DNA from: Selaginella moellendorffii
Lineage: Eukaryota > Plantae > Lycopodiophyta
Direction: 5' to 3'
DNA: 54,310 bases
Assembly: GCF_000143415.4 (NCBI RefSeq)
Contig: NW_003314277.1
Span: 2,372,711 to 2,427,020, forward strand
Position numbers and translations under genes: made by a program. Each line of letters opens with the position of its first letter. The first letter of the stretch is position 1. Positions 22,430-34,400 of this stretch are shown here, in pieces. Below the pieces are notes generated by a model. It was not told the origin of the DNA. It searched no databases and saw nothing but the letters and a program-made list of their open reading frames with translations.

Positions 22430-24215
22430 ATGGACGATTATTCTATGGTACCTCATGTACCACTGGAGTGGAATTCATCGCATCAACAAGTCGTGGCAAA
22501 ACAATCACTAGTTGGTCTATCATGGAGCTCATTAGCAGCATCCTCCCGCGTGGAAAAAGCTAAAAGGCTGCACAAATATCTCGCTGATGTGGTTGAAGTT
22601 CCGGACGAAGTTTTTGCGCTAGAGAATCTTCATCAAGTTCTTTCTATTGAGGTAACCAGGAATTTCTTTCCTCGCATCCACCTTACTGTGGTCTTTGTTA
22701 TATAGACATGGAACTCCTGTCTTTCAGATCTAGAAAAGGAGCACCTGTGCGGATTGCTGCCCCAGGGGTGTGACATCGAGAAAGCCATCACGGCTTTGCT
22801 GGCTGGCGAAAATGTGAACTTTGGAAATCCCTTGACGTCATGGCAAGCTTAAAGTTTTCGGTTGGGTTTGATCTGTGAGAAGTCGTTTTCTCGTTTCAGG
22901 GGCGAGCTGGCTTGCAGCAGAGCTATGCATCCCGACGTAGTTGTTTTAACACAAGCGCGGATTCACAACGAACGAAAGAACTACCGTGTATCTTTGCGAA
23001 AGTTTCATCAAACGTAAGTTCGTCTTAGCTCAGAGATTTGTTTCTGATGATAAAGGCTGCAGAATGATTCAAAACCTTCAGCAGCTCAAAACTTTGTGGA
23101 AGGCTTGCAAAACCCAGGAAAACATTTGTGCAGAAACTCAGAGGTGAGCATGTAGTTTTTCTTTCTCTGCATGCTACTTACAGTAAACGGTCTGATCAGG
23201 TGGATAAGAGCAAGGAAGCCAGCGTCCTTGTTACTACAAAATTCACACCTTGTGAATGGTGACAATCTAAGCGACATAACAGATGAAGCTTACTTGAGGT
23301 ATACACTCTCTTCGTTATTCTTTTGTGTGGTCAACTTAAGTTCTATTCCAGGCAGCGATTAAAAAGGCGACGGAGCCTTGTGCCAGAGTCTGCTGTAGAA
23401 AGAGCGAACGCTGCTGTCGAATTAGCTATGAACGAATGGTATAAGGCTGTGGATGGCTCGAGCACTGAACTACGAACAATAATGGTACTTTGTTGATAAC
23501 CTTTTCTAGTGACTGAGAGCACTCGCATGCCTCTTACTTTCAGGTAACACGAAAGCAATTCATCGAGATAGCGAATAGGAAATCAACTGGCGCGGACCTT
23601 CGTCTTGACACTCTAAAAGACGTGCTTGGCTGCTCGACAAGATTGCAAACGAGTGACGAGCACTTCAAGAGTTACTGGTTTGTTTCCAAGCACATTTTTT
23701 TCGAACTTATCTCGCAAATCTTTTCTTGTCAGGCACTCTCTCGCTCGCAAAGATTTGCCTGAGGTTCATAAAGCTTTCATGAATAGAGTCTCAGGGAGAA
23801 AAGAACTGGCGACATTGGTAGCCAAACAATGCATGCATCGATATCCCAAATCCGAGGTTAGTAGGACATGTAACTAGCAATGTCCAGTCGCTGAAAGTGT
23901 CTAGCAGAAAAAAAATTCAGGGGCTGTGATGGCGAGGCCCAAAGCCTTGTCTCTCCTTCCAACAGTATCATCAACAAGGTACTCCGTTTCAATTGCTCAA
24001 AAGAAAGTATCATGTCTAAATTGCTTGTAAACTTCCCTGGCAGATTTCTTCCGGAGCGATGTAATGCTAATGGTAAACTAGACACCACCAGTGTAAATTC
24101 TCAGAGCTTGCTTTACTACCAAAGAGTTGGAGTTCCATCCGAGGACGACGAGCTTGCTTCCATCCAGGAACTATGGAGTTACAATTGTTTGCAGGACGCT
24201 CCCATTCATTTGTAA
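22430..24215 (+). CDS. NFRKB-related (DEUBAD/ASXH domain) INO80-complex-type protein, multi-exon
   Basis: LEWNSSHQQVVAKQSLVGLSW...LADVVEVPDEVFALENLHQVLSIETWNSCLSDLEKEHLCGLLP...LLAGENVNFGNPLTSWG...MHPDVV. The 3' exon boundaries are less certain. Confidence 0.8.
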
Positions 24216-24865
24216 TAAAAGGATCCAATATATTTTTTCCTCTTGTGTGATCACTGATGATGTTCAAATCAAGTTAAAAATCAAAATGGATTTTAGCTCA
24301 GGCGTTTTAAGTTCTTCGGATTGGGGAACTAGACTCCTAGATCTTCTAGTTGGAAATTCAATAGTGTAGGGTTATTAAATCTTTCAAATTTTAGTTAAAA
24401 AGTATACAGAGAGTAGCATCTGTGATTCCAATCCCATTTGCCAGCAGGATTGAATCCGAATGGAAATTGATTTGGCGAAGCATGATGCAACTTAACTATG
24501 TTGTTAACAGCTGGTAGCGCACTATACACTGCGATAATCCACATACTCATGGAGCTCTGCTTCTCTTCTTGTTGTGTGCGTGCTTCACTGCTGACAGAGT
24601 TCATCTTGTCTACCATCGAGGACCTGCCCTTCAAGAAGAACGCAGTCTCTCCATCAATCCGGAGTTGTTACAAGCTAAGTTTGGAGTTGATGACACACAT
24701 GGTTTTGCTCCAAGAAAAAATTAATAAAATTCCATTGACCTTTTGATTTTATTTATATTTAAGATTTCTTTTATAATGTTAATGGATAAACTTAAAATAT
24801 ATTAGAACATTCTCGTATATTCTATCATCTTGTGTTTGTAATCTCTAAACTTTCCTAAACACCAT

Positions 24866-25152
24866 ATGCTTTATTTCGTTAAAGTGGAATTTTTCATTAT
24901 CCCACTTATGGTGTGTGGCCACATGCCATTTTTATAACAACAATAAAAAATTGAAGTTTTAGCTTTATAATTTATAAATTAAAAACTTTTCATATGATTT
25001 TGTGTTATAATATTGTGAAATATAAAAAATAAATTAAAAAACTGATAGAAATATTAATAAATATTAATTAAGTACTAAGAAATGGCATGTGGACACATGC
25101 TAATTAATGTCCCACTTTACTGAATAAGTTCCACTTTAATGAAATAAAGCAT
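24866..25152. mobile_element. MITE-like fold-back element
   Basis: TIR atgctttatttcgttaaagtggaa / ttccactttaatgaaataaagcat, inner IR tgtgtggccacatgccattt / aaatggcatgtggacaca, flanked by CCAT on both sides. Confidence 0.75.
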
Positions 25153-26274
25153 CCATCTGATATAAAGATTAATCTTGTGTTTATAAGTTATAAATATGTT
25201 TATGATTTAAATATATTTTGAACAACAACACCACAATTCTATATGTTCAATGAACACTCTTCATTCATGAAAAAGCAGATAGTGATAATTTAGATCATAA
25301 ACACTTATAGCATAGTTACTATAAGGAAGATGATTTATAAAGATAATGGAGTATAATACAAAAGCACATATCAAATGCAAGTTTAAAACTTTTTACATTA
25401 CCAAAACTTATTTTGGCAAATAATCTTTACAAAAGTTAAGTAGTAATTGTCTTTAAAATATGTGCTGAATACTCATCCAACTTTATATCATTCTTTTATT
25501 TTAGAATTTTTAATTAAATTACACAATGATCAAATATAAAAGTAAATAACACTAAAATATTGTATAATATATAGCAACTTATTTAAATTTGAAAATTTAA
25601 TTGTTATTCTTACTTATATTTTCCAGGAGGTGTTACAAAACATAGTTAATAATTTCTATGCACAAGTAAAACTTTTTGAAGGAAAAAATATTGCATACTA
25701 AATCCTTTAATTTTTTTTAAAAAAATGCAATCAATTTCCAGAATAGAATCATAATAATTTACATTAGAAACATCACTAAATGTTATGAAATAATTTCCCT
25801 TGAGAGACACTAAAACTTTACAATGGCTATGACACATCTTGATAATCTAGGCTTTGTACACTAAAATCACCTCCAAAAAGATCTTTTTTTGATCCAAAAA
25901 AGGTTTTATTTAACAATTATTTACTACTTTATTTCTTTGTATAATTTATGCAGTTTCAAAAAGTATTGTTTAATATCACTTAAAAGTTTAAAATTTGTGT
26001 AAAAACTTACAAAATATTTTTTGATCCTTCATTAACTGTTAAACTCTCTAGTGTATAGTGCTCAACATTCATATAAACACTATCTTATATAATTATTTTT
26101 AATTAAAATCCTTAATAAATTTAGCTAAAATTACATATTTCATAAAATTGCACTTAATGATTTTATATATTTTCCTCCTTAAAATAATTAGCCTTTGAGT
26201 TTTCATGATAATAATATAGAATCTAGTTGATTAAAATCACATAATTATTTAAAAAAATGGCAAATTGATCTAGA

Positions 26275-26470
26275 TATATAGCTTTTAAATCTTAGAATTT
26301 TGATGTTAAGCTTATTTAACCATCTCAATAAACTCATTGACTACCTCAATCAAAACTCAATAAAATTAACCATAAAGTTTTATCAAGATTTTTAACTCGT
26401 GATAAAAGATTAACAACATTTTTATATTTATGTGGATTGTCTCTCGAGTTGTTCTTTTTTATTGCTTACA
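26275..26470. mobile_element. Heavily decayed solo LTR of the Cassandra-type TRIM
   Basis: ggattgtctctcgagttgttcttttttattgcttaca (26434-26470) matches the LTR end ggattgtttctcgagtcgttccctttggttgcttaca. The upstream part is only weakly similar and AT-drifted. Confidence 0.55.
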
Positions 26471-26832
26471 CAAATTCCATAAGTGGCTAAAATTTAATTT
26501 CTTTTGTATAAATAAATACTAAGATATGTTAAATATGGATAATCATACTTATGGATGCCCATAATTAAAGTTTTATGTATTGTATTCTATCATATTAAAA
26601 TTCATACATAATAATTATATTCATTACAAATTTTTTTTTGTTATTATGTGAGTGAATATATTGTTGAAGTGGATTTGGAGTAGAGTCAAAAATGTTACGC
26701 CAAATCCACTCTCCCACTAACTCATATTTACCTTCCATATGACTCCAATTTAACTCACAATTCAGCATTGGCAGAAACAAATTTAGAGTGGCAAGTCTGA
26801 ACCTGTTACCACAAATGAATTGCCATAGCAAA

Positions 26833-27012
26833 GATGCAAAATCTCATCATCCCAGTTTGTAAATGTGATCTGAAGCTAGATGTGTAATATGGAATAAGAG
26901 ATAGGTCATTCCTTAACTAGGTGAGGATGCAAAATCTCATCACTCCCAGTTTGTGAATGCAATCCAAAGCTAGGTGTGTAATATAATGAAGTGAGAGATA
27001 GGTGATTCCTTA
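26833..27012. repeat. ~93-bp imperfect tandem duplication
   Basis: gatgcaaaatctcatca..cccagtttgt...gagataggt.attcctta at 26833 and 26926. Confidence 0.85.
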
Positions 27013-27178
27013 GAGAAGAAGAAGCTAGAGTACATCAGCATTGGCGAGGCAGACAACAAATGCCTCACATTGTTCCTCTGGATGACGTAGATAGTAGCTC
27101 TCCAACCAACACTGGCAGTTAGCTTAATTAAATATTGAACATAGAATTACTACAAGTTTTTCACTAAAATCGTTTCGA

Positions 27179-27370
27179 ATTAAACTTTCAAAAACCTGCT
27201 ATTTGGAGCACGTCTTGGGCTCACCTTCGCTGCATTGATATATCAGGGCTCTTTCCACTCTTCCTTCACTTTCAATGCTCATCCAAGCCAGCATTCGAAT
27301 TATCGATCAAACAATGTAGCGAAGGCAAGCCCAAGATGTGCTCTGACCATCAGGTTTTTGAAAGTTTAAT
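27179..27370. ncRNA. Long fold-back hairpin, candidate MIRNA precursor (or small MITE)
   Basis: Perfect 20-bp basal stem attaaactttcaaaaacctg/caggtttttgaaagtttaat, an internal loop, then a 32-bp stem 27206-27237/27312-27343 with 4 non-WC pairs. Confidence 0.55.
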
Positions 27371-27644
27371 GTGTGAGCTTCCCTCTGTAGAAGCAAAGCT
27401 ATGTCGTGCCTACAGTTTGGAATCGTGACTCACCAGTTGCTGCTCCAAGCAGGCATCCATGTAGAAAATGCAACCTGACCCTCACCAAGGGAAAAAGAGG
27501 AATTAAGAATATTCTTTTTTTCAAGCCCTAATACAAGAAAATCACAGCCGTGAGATTGAAAAATATATTTTGTAGTTACACAAAAAGGATATAAAATGCA
27601 CCGACTACAACTCTTTAGTGCTATCTAGTGGTACAGGTAGGTCT

Positions 27645-28799
27645 ATGGCGTTATTTCTAGTGTTGGTGCTCCTCTGCTTTACAGGTATTAGTGATGTAGT
27701 GGCTAAACCTGCTCTCGATTGTGCAGCTCTACTGCTCCTCAAATCTTCCATCACAAATGACCCAATTGGATTCCTCACGAGCTGGAACAAAACCAATGTA
27801 AACTGCTGCCGAGGCTGGAAGGGCGTAAGATGCAACAAAACTACGTCCCGAGTGATCCATCTCATGCTCAGCAATGGCCAGCTCTCGGGAACTCTCCATG
27901 AGAGCGTTGGATCACTCTCGAGCCTGGAAAAGCTCGATCTTTCCTACAATCACCTGACAGGGGCAATTCCAAGCACGGTTACCAAGCTCTCTCGGCTCCG
28001 GCTGCTTGATCTAGCTTACAACTATGGATTCCAGGGCAGCATTCCATCTTCCATTGGTGGCCTTTCCAGCTTGAAGAGGATCCGGCTCCAGTCTAACAAG
28101 CTCACGGGCAGTGTTCCATCTTCGTTTGGACTGCTCTCTAGCCTCGTCTATGCGGAGCTCGATGATAACTCTCTCGCTGGCCAGATCCCCAACGCCTTCA
28201 CTCGCAACTTATCCAATCTGGCTTTGCTCGATCTCGCGAAAAACAAGTTGACAGGGCTTCCACTGAATCTCCGCCGCCTCGCACGGCTTGGAATTCTCTA
28301 CTTGAGTTCGAATCCACTCACTTTCGACACCATCCAGGGGCTCTCCACGCTGCCTTTCCTGGGCGAGCTCCACCTTGACAACTGTGGTCTCCAAGGCCCC
28401 ATTCCACCATGGTTGGCGACCCTCAAGCTTCGAGACTCAGACGACTTCCTCACGTCTATGCTGAGCTTGTCAAGCAACAGTATATCTGGTCCCATTCCCC
28501 GGACGATTTCCAGCCTTTCCAGTGTTGAGATCCTGCGACTGAGCAGTAACAAGTTTTCTGGGGCGATTCCTTCGTCCATGGGAAGCATGCTGAGTTTGAA
28601 GCAGCTATCTCTGGAGAATAACCAGCTAAGTGGTGAGATCCCCGGGAGCCTGGTAAACCTGGACTTGTTGAGGTGGTTTAACGTGAGTAACAACAAGCTG
28701 AGCGGACAGATACCTCAAGGTGGAGCGTTTTCTACGTTTGATGCTAGCTGCTTTGCAGGAAATCCAGGGCTTTGCGGAAAGCCTCTGCCTTCATGCTAG
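27645..28799 (+). CDS. Secreted extracellular LRR protein (PGIP/DRT100-like; LRRNT plus LRRs, no TM or kinase)
   Basis: Signal peptide, LRRNT (D..ALLLLK..I..DP.G.L.SW....CC..WKGVRC), LxxLxLxxNxLxGxIP repeats and C-cap FAGNPGLCGKPLPSC*. Confidence 0.93.
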   Translation: MALFLVLVLLCFTGISDVVAKPALDCAALLLLKSSITNDPIGFLTSWNKTNVNCCRGWKGVRCNKTTSRVIHLMLSNGQLSGTLHESVGSLSSLEKLDLSYNHLTGAIPSTVTKLSRLRLLDLAYNYGFQGSIPSSIGGLSSLKRIRLQSNKLTGSVPSSFGLLSSLVYAELDDNSLAGQIPNAFTRNLSNLALLDLAKNKLTGLPLNLRRLARLGILYLSSNPLTFDTIQGLSTLPFLGELHLDNCGLQGPIPPWLATLKLRDSDDFLTSMLSLSSNSISGPIPRTISSLSSVEILRLSSNKFSGAIPSSMGSMLSLKQLSLENNQLSGEIPGSLVNLDLLRWFNVSNNKLSGQIPQGGAFSTFDASCFAGNPGLCGKPLPSC

Positions 28800-28926
28800 A
28801 GATCACAGTAACAAAGGAAGTTAAGACTGATAAGCAGCGAAGATTAAAAAACTCAAGCTAACAAAGAAAAATATGAAAAAACCCGAAAACCCAAGCTTGC
28901 CTGAAGCAAAATCGGGAGAACACACT

Positions 28927-28999
28927 CGCCGTCTGTGGGAATTGAACCCACGACCACGTGGTTAAAAGCCACGCGCTCTACCGGCTGAGCTAAGACGGC
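28927..28999 (-). tRNA. tRNA-Lys (anticodon UUU)
   Basis: GCCGTCTTAGCTCAGCCGGTAGAGCGCGTGGCTTTTAACCACGTGGTCGTGGGTTCAATTCCCACAGACGGCG forms a complete cloverleaf. A T4 run lies ~17 nt downstream. Confidence 0.96.
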
Positions 29000-29293
29000 T
29001 TGGTTCTACATCTTTGGAAGAATTCTGAAAGAAACTAAATGTATGGATGAGCCTGTTGAATTCTCACTTTTATTCATAACCGAAACCATGAAAGAAAAAA
29101 GACAGAAATTAAGGAGAGAAACAATGAACCAAATTGTACATGTTAAGCTCTTTTTGCATGAAACTTCATTCGTTATGTATGAATGAATGTTTCTTGCAAA
29201 AAGAGATTAAATATGAATGAAGTTTCTTGCTGACTGTAGCTAGAAACTTCCGCTGCTAATCTGAATCTTCCTTTCCACCTGGGATCCCGACTT

Positions 29294-31186
29294 TTACCTG
29301 GGAGATTTTCTGAGATTGCATGCAGCTGCAAGGTGGCCGGCATTACTAGGACCTGCAACTTTGGAGTTTGTGGCTCGATCTTTCTGCTCGGTTTGATTTC
29401 CTCCACACATTCTTGAACTGGTTTGGATATTGGATCCTGTGATTGAATTGCATGACAACGATCTCATTGCCAAGAGGACGCGCTCGCGATCCGCCCACAT
29501 CCCCTCGCCCGCGTAGATCCCAGCCATGAGGAGATAGATCGCAGCATGGCGCTCGCCCAGATCGATCAAAGCCTCAAACGCAACCTCGCCAATCTCCACG
29601 CGCCGCCACTTCCGGCACGCCGCGAGCACAGTCCTCCAAGTCACCGCATTTGCCGCGAATGGCATCTTTCTCGCCATCGCCACCGCCTCCTCGACCCGAT
29701 TCGATCGCGCTAGCAGATCGATCACGCAGTGGTAGTGCTCGATCTCGGGCTGGATCCCAAATCGCGGCTCCATCGACTCGAAGAGCTCTAGCCCTCGATC
29801 CACCTGCCCGGCATGGCTGCAAGCGTGGAGGATCGACACAAACGTCGTTGCGCTGGGGCGAAACCCATCGCCTTGCATCGCATCCAGCGCCGAGATCGCC
29901 CCCTTGGCATCGCCGGCGCGGCCATAGCCAGCGATGATGGAGCTCCATCCCACGAAGCTCCGGGATTCTTTCGCCATGGATGCGATCACGCGCTCGGCGT
30001 CGTCCATGCTGCCGCATCGCGCGTAGCAATCCAGCAGGCAATTCGCGAGGATGGGATCCGGCTGGAGCAATCCGTGGCTGGAGACGCGGGCGTGGATCGA
30101 TCGCGCCATGTCGATAGCGCCCAGATTCGCGCACGCGCCCAGCGCCGCGCAAAAGCTCCGCTGGTTTGGATTCTCCATCTGTGAGAAGAGATCGAGAGCT
30201 ATGGCGGATGATCGATCGTCCTGCTGCGCGGCATAGCCGCGAATCAGAGCGTTCCATGACACGACACTCCTCTCCTTGATCGAATCAAACACCGCTCGGG
30301 CTCGATCCAGGCTTCCACAGCGCGAGAACATATCCACGGCGGTGTTGGCAACGAAGATGTTGGAATCGCAGCCCATTGCCACTGCCATAGCGTGGAGCTC
30401 GATAGCTCGATCGAGAGCCTTGATCGTCGAGAAGATGCCCACCCTCTTCTTCTCCTCGAGCTCTCGATCGGCAAGGCCCGAGCACGCCATGAACGCCGCC
30501 ACGATCGTCCGGGAGTTTGGGACGATCCCAATCCCGCCCATGGCATGGAAGAGCTCCAGCGCGAGCTCGCATTGCTCGTTCTCGACATTGCCCAGGATCA
30601 GTGCCGTCCACGCCACAACGTCGTGGCGAGGCATTCGATCAAACACCGCGCGAGCATCAATCAAGCTGCCACACTTGGAGTAGCAATCCACCAGCGCGCT
30701 TGAGAAGAAAATGTGTTGGATCGAGTTGTTCTTCTCGGCCTTGGAGTGGAGGACCATCGCCTTCTCCAGCCACGCAACCTTGGCGTGATCGTGTTCTTCG
30801 TGCGATGCCAGGCTCGCGATCGCGACCAGCGCCGCGACATAAGCCTGCGAGCTAAGATCCACAAATCTCGACTCTAGTTCCAACCTCTGGAAGATCTCTA
30901 GCGCGAGATCACTGTCGCCATTCACCGCATACCCGAGGATCAATGCCGTCCACGACGCAAGCGTGTGGAAGGGCATGGCAAGGAAGATCTTGCGTGCGTC
31001 CACCATGCTTCCACACTTGGAGTACATGGCGATGAGAGAATTGGCAACCCTAATGTCGGAATCGAGGCACGCACGGGAGGCCTCGGCGTGGATTCCTTGG
31101 CCGCGGCCCAGATCTCTGGAATCGCGGCAGCCCTTGAGGGCCGCGAGGAGAGCCTGGCATTTGCTCTTGGGAGCGAATTTGCTCAT
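29294..31186 (-). CDS. PLS-class PPR protein with E domain (630-aa ORF; true 5' exon and 3' end uncertain)
   Basis: LIAMYSKCGSMVDARKIF, DVVAWTALI, HYHCVIDLLARS, TWRTVLAACR and YLLMAGIYAGEGMW motifs. Confidence 0.88.
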   Translation of the reverse strand: MSKFAPKSKCQALLAALKGCRDSRDLGRGQGIHAEASRACLDSDIRVANSLIAMYSKCGSMVDARKIFLAMPFHTLASWTALILGYAVNGDSDLALEIFQRLELESRFVDLSSQAYVAALVAIASLASHEEHDHAKVAWLEKAMVLHSKAEKNNSIQHIFFSSALVDCYSKCGSLIDARAVFDRMPRHDVVAWTALILGNVENEQCELALELFHAMGGIGIVPNSRTIVAAFMACSGLADRELEEKKRVGIFSTIKALDRAIELHAMAVAMGCDSNIFVANTAVDMFSRCGSLDRARAVFDSIKERSVVSWNALIRGYAAQQDDRSSAIALDLFSQMENPNQRSFCAALGACANLGAIDMARSIHARVSSHGLLQPDPILANCLLDCYARCGSMDDAERVIASMAKESRSFVGWSSIIAGYGRAGDAKGAISALDAMQGDGFRPSATTFVSILHACSHAGQVDRGLELFESMEPRFGIQPEIEHYHCVIDLLARSNRVEEAVAMARKMPFAANAVTWRTVLAACRKWRRVEIGEVAFEALIDLGERHAAIYLLMAGIYAGEGMWADRERVLLAMRSLSCNSITGSNIQTSSRMCGGNQTEQKDRATNSKVAGPSNAGHLAAACNLRKSPR

Positions 31187-31448
31187 CCATTCCTGCCCTA
31201 GAAAGAATCTGGTCAGCAGACACGTGGCTTCTTAATAAAACTAAAAACATTTGTTACAGCTATTTTAATTTAATATTAATATGTGTTATTATATATAGAT
31301 ATGGTTTTTTGATTGATTACACATAATTAGAAGTATAAGAACTTAGGTAATTTAATCGAAATTTATTCAAACTAAATATGGAATATATTTTCCATTTGGT
31401 TTCAATTTTATTTAATCTTTTTAGTTATACATATTATTAAAATTAAAT

Positions 31449-34400
31449 TGTGAGTGCTTGGAATATGGAAAGGGAATACAGAAAATATGCATATTAATTA
31501 GCCCAAAAACCCTAGTTTATATACAGGAACAAATGATCCAGATTGAAACCAATCCAACAGCTACCAAAATCCCACTACACTAATATTAGTATACGGCATC
31601 ATAGCTATATACTTGGCCCTCACATCATCCCTTCCTTTCAAAATAATGGAAAACCATCATGGTTCTCTTGTAGATGGGCTAGGATCTGGAAGAACATCAG
31701 GAGGAGGCATTGGTGGATCTGTAGGTGGTATTAACTACTCCTGATCCCTTTGTATGAAGCATTTCAATTGCTGCACATGCACAAACTTTGCACCCCTGTG
31801 ACATATGCATATTGAAGAGACAGTAAATAACCATCCCAATCCGAATGTTGAAAGTTCAAGCGCACTTGTCTAGTGTGGGAGGCAAGGTAGCACGCTCTAG
31901 TCTAGAGCTGGAGGAGGCTCACACCTTGCTTGTTCTACGCCTTGGAGTTTGTTCGCAATGGGCACCGACTTAGTGCTGGAAGTACACTGGGGAGGTAGGC
32001 GCTCCAAGACACAGCATCACGTCTTGGGGCGTAACAGGTGGCTTCAGCTTGTGCAGTGGAATCACCTTGGAGGTGAGTGACCCATGAGCGACGCTGGGTC
32101 ATCGTGCTCGAGTTGGACTGCTTGGCTGCGACGACGTTGAGCTAGATCGACACGGTGTTCGTCCGGCTTGACATCATTGTGACCGAGTGGAGGAGTGGCG
32201 AGGCGAAGCAGGTGGCTTCAAGCTCCGCGGTGGAGTCACCTGGGAGGTGGACGGCCCAAGAGCAGCGCCGGGCGTTCGCGCTCATAGTTTCACTAGTTTC
32301 TTCGAGAGTGCGCTCTCAATGTTGTTTTGATCCCTTTGGGATTGGGGTAATGTACATATATGTTTAGCGAATGTTGAAAGTTCACATACTTCGCGATCAT
32401 CCCTTTGAACGTTTAAATGAGCCGTTCCACCAAACCATTTGACTATGGATGATAAGCACTCGTAAAAGTGTGGCATATCCCCAACCAAGACTTCAAAACA
32501 TGAAATGCCTCAACCATAAATGCAGGACTATTATCCAAAAGAATCTGCTCTGGACAAAAATGTGGAACACCACTCGATTGAGGAGGAAGTATCCAACAAC
32601 AGTTGCAAAGGCGTTAACAAGAGCACCAACTTCCACCCAACGAGTCAAGTAGTCAGAAGCAATAATAATATATCATTACCAACATTACTAGCATTACTAT
32701 CATTACCAACAGTCGACCGTGGAAAAGGTCCCATAAGATCAAATGCCACCAACTTAAACGGATGGGAAACTGCAATTAACTCCAACCATCCTTCTGCGAC
32801 ACGAGGGGGAGTATTACGAGCTTAGCACCAAACGCAGCTACATACATACCGGATAATATCATGTTGCATCTCCGGCTAATAAAAAGACCTGCGTAGCTTC
32901 TCGGTCACACGACGATGTCCCATATGCCCACCTAGAATAGGAGAATCATGGTAGGCATAGAGAAACCCCAAAATAAAGATAGAAGGCACCACCAGCTGTA
33001 AATGATCATCAGGATCCGTCCCCATAAAATAAAGAAGGCCATCTTCAAGGCAATATTGAGAATGTAAATGCTGGAAAGGTAAGTCATCAACAAGTGATGC
33101 AGGATTCTCAACCCATCTCGAAACCTTTGAATCCACAGCTCAATCTTTTGAGCCTCGCGAACCTCATCAAAATAAGGTAGATCTTGCTCTATGCCTTGTG
33201 GACATTGAACGTCAAGTACAACAACCGGCGTCGGCACAGAATCCTCGTTTAAAAAATCCACAGATGTTAGAACAATAGGCTTGTTAGAAACATGAAAAAA
33301 GAGTGGAGAAGGAAAAGGAGCTCGAAAAAGGGCATCAGCATCAGCCATGGAACTCCTTAGGTGATGAACAACATCAAAATCATATATCTGAAGCTTCAAA
33401 GCCCATCGAGCAGTACGACCAACCAGGTTCTTCTGCTTCAATAATGAAGTAACAGTAGCATGGTCACCTTCAAGTAATATCCAAGAACCATGTAGATATG
33501 CATGTAGTTTCTCGAAACCTCAAACTACTGTTAAACACTCCTTATCTGTCATGGAGTAGTTCATCTCTACTGGTTGTAATATACGGCTTATATACACAAT
33601 AGGATGGCACTGACCAAGCACACTTGCGCTCTCTTGCATTAACACACTTCCAAGACCAATCCACGTGCAAAATAAAAGGTCGAGTGTAATTAGGAAATGC
33701 CAAAATTGGAGGAGTCGTCAATAGCTTTTTGAGATCCTTGAACGCCCGCTCACAATCCAGAGACCAGATAAAAGATGATGTTGATGACTTCAGCAATGCT
33801 CACAATGGTGCAGTGCGATCAGAAAGATGATCCACAAAACGACCGAGATACTGCACCTTGCCCAAGAAGCATTGCACATCAATCACACACTTCGGAGTAG
33901 GAAACTTTAGAATAGCCACAAGTTTGTCAAGATCAACTTGCAAACCCTCACGAGAAATATGGTACCCAAGATAAATTGTGTCCTTGGACCCAAACATGCA
34001 CTTCAACCGCTTCAGCTTTAAACCAATGTCGCATAGCTGATCCAACACTTTACAAACATCACGAATGTGCTCCTCCCACGTCCTCTCCGAGTGGATCAAG
34101 ACATCATCAATGAAGTCAGCAATCACTCTGGCATATTGCAAAGAACCTCGTCCATTATCCGTTGGAAAGTTGCTAAAGCATTGTTCAAACCAAACAGCAT
34201 CACTAAGAACTCATACAAACCAAATGGTGTACGAAAAACAGTCTTAGGAATATCTTCTTCGGCCATCGGTACTTGCTAGTACCCAGAAGCAAGATCTAGC
34301 TTGGTGAACCAACGACTTCGCCCCAGATGATCCAAGAGATCAGCAATGTGAGGAAGAGGGTACACATTCGGGATCATCACTTCGTTTAATGGACGATAGT

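Noticed and set aside
24395-24700. Short coding-like island (also 43440-44330, 44870-45750, 48120-48600)
   Set aside because: Broken frames with no recognisable family. Probably further captured fragments, but no call can be supported.
27645-28799. LRR receptor kinase or RLP
   Set aside because: The stop follows the C-cap directly. No TM or kinase exon lies before the tRNA.
29294-29460. DYW deaminase domain on the PPR proteins
   Set aside because: No HxE...CxxC or DYW terminus in either gene.
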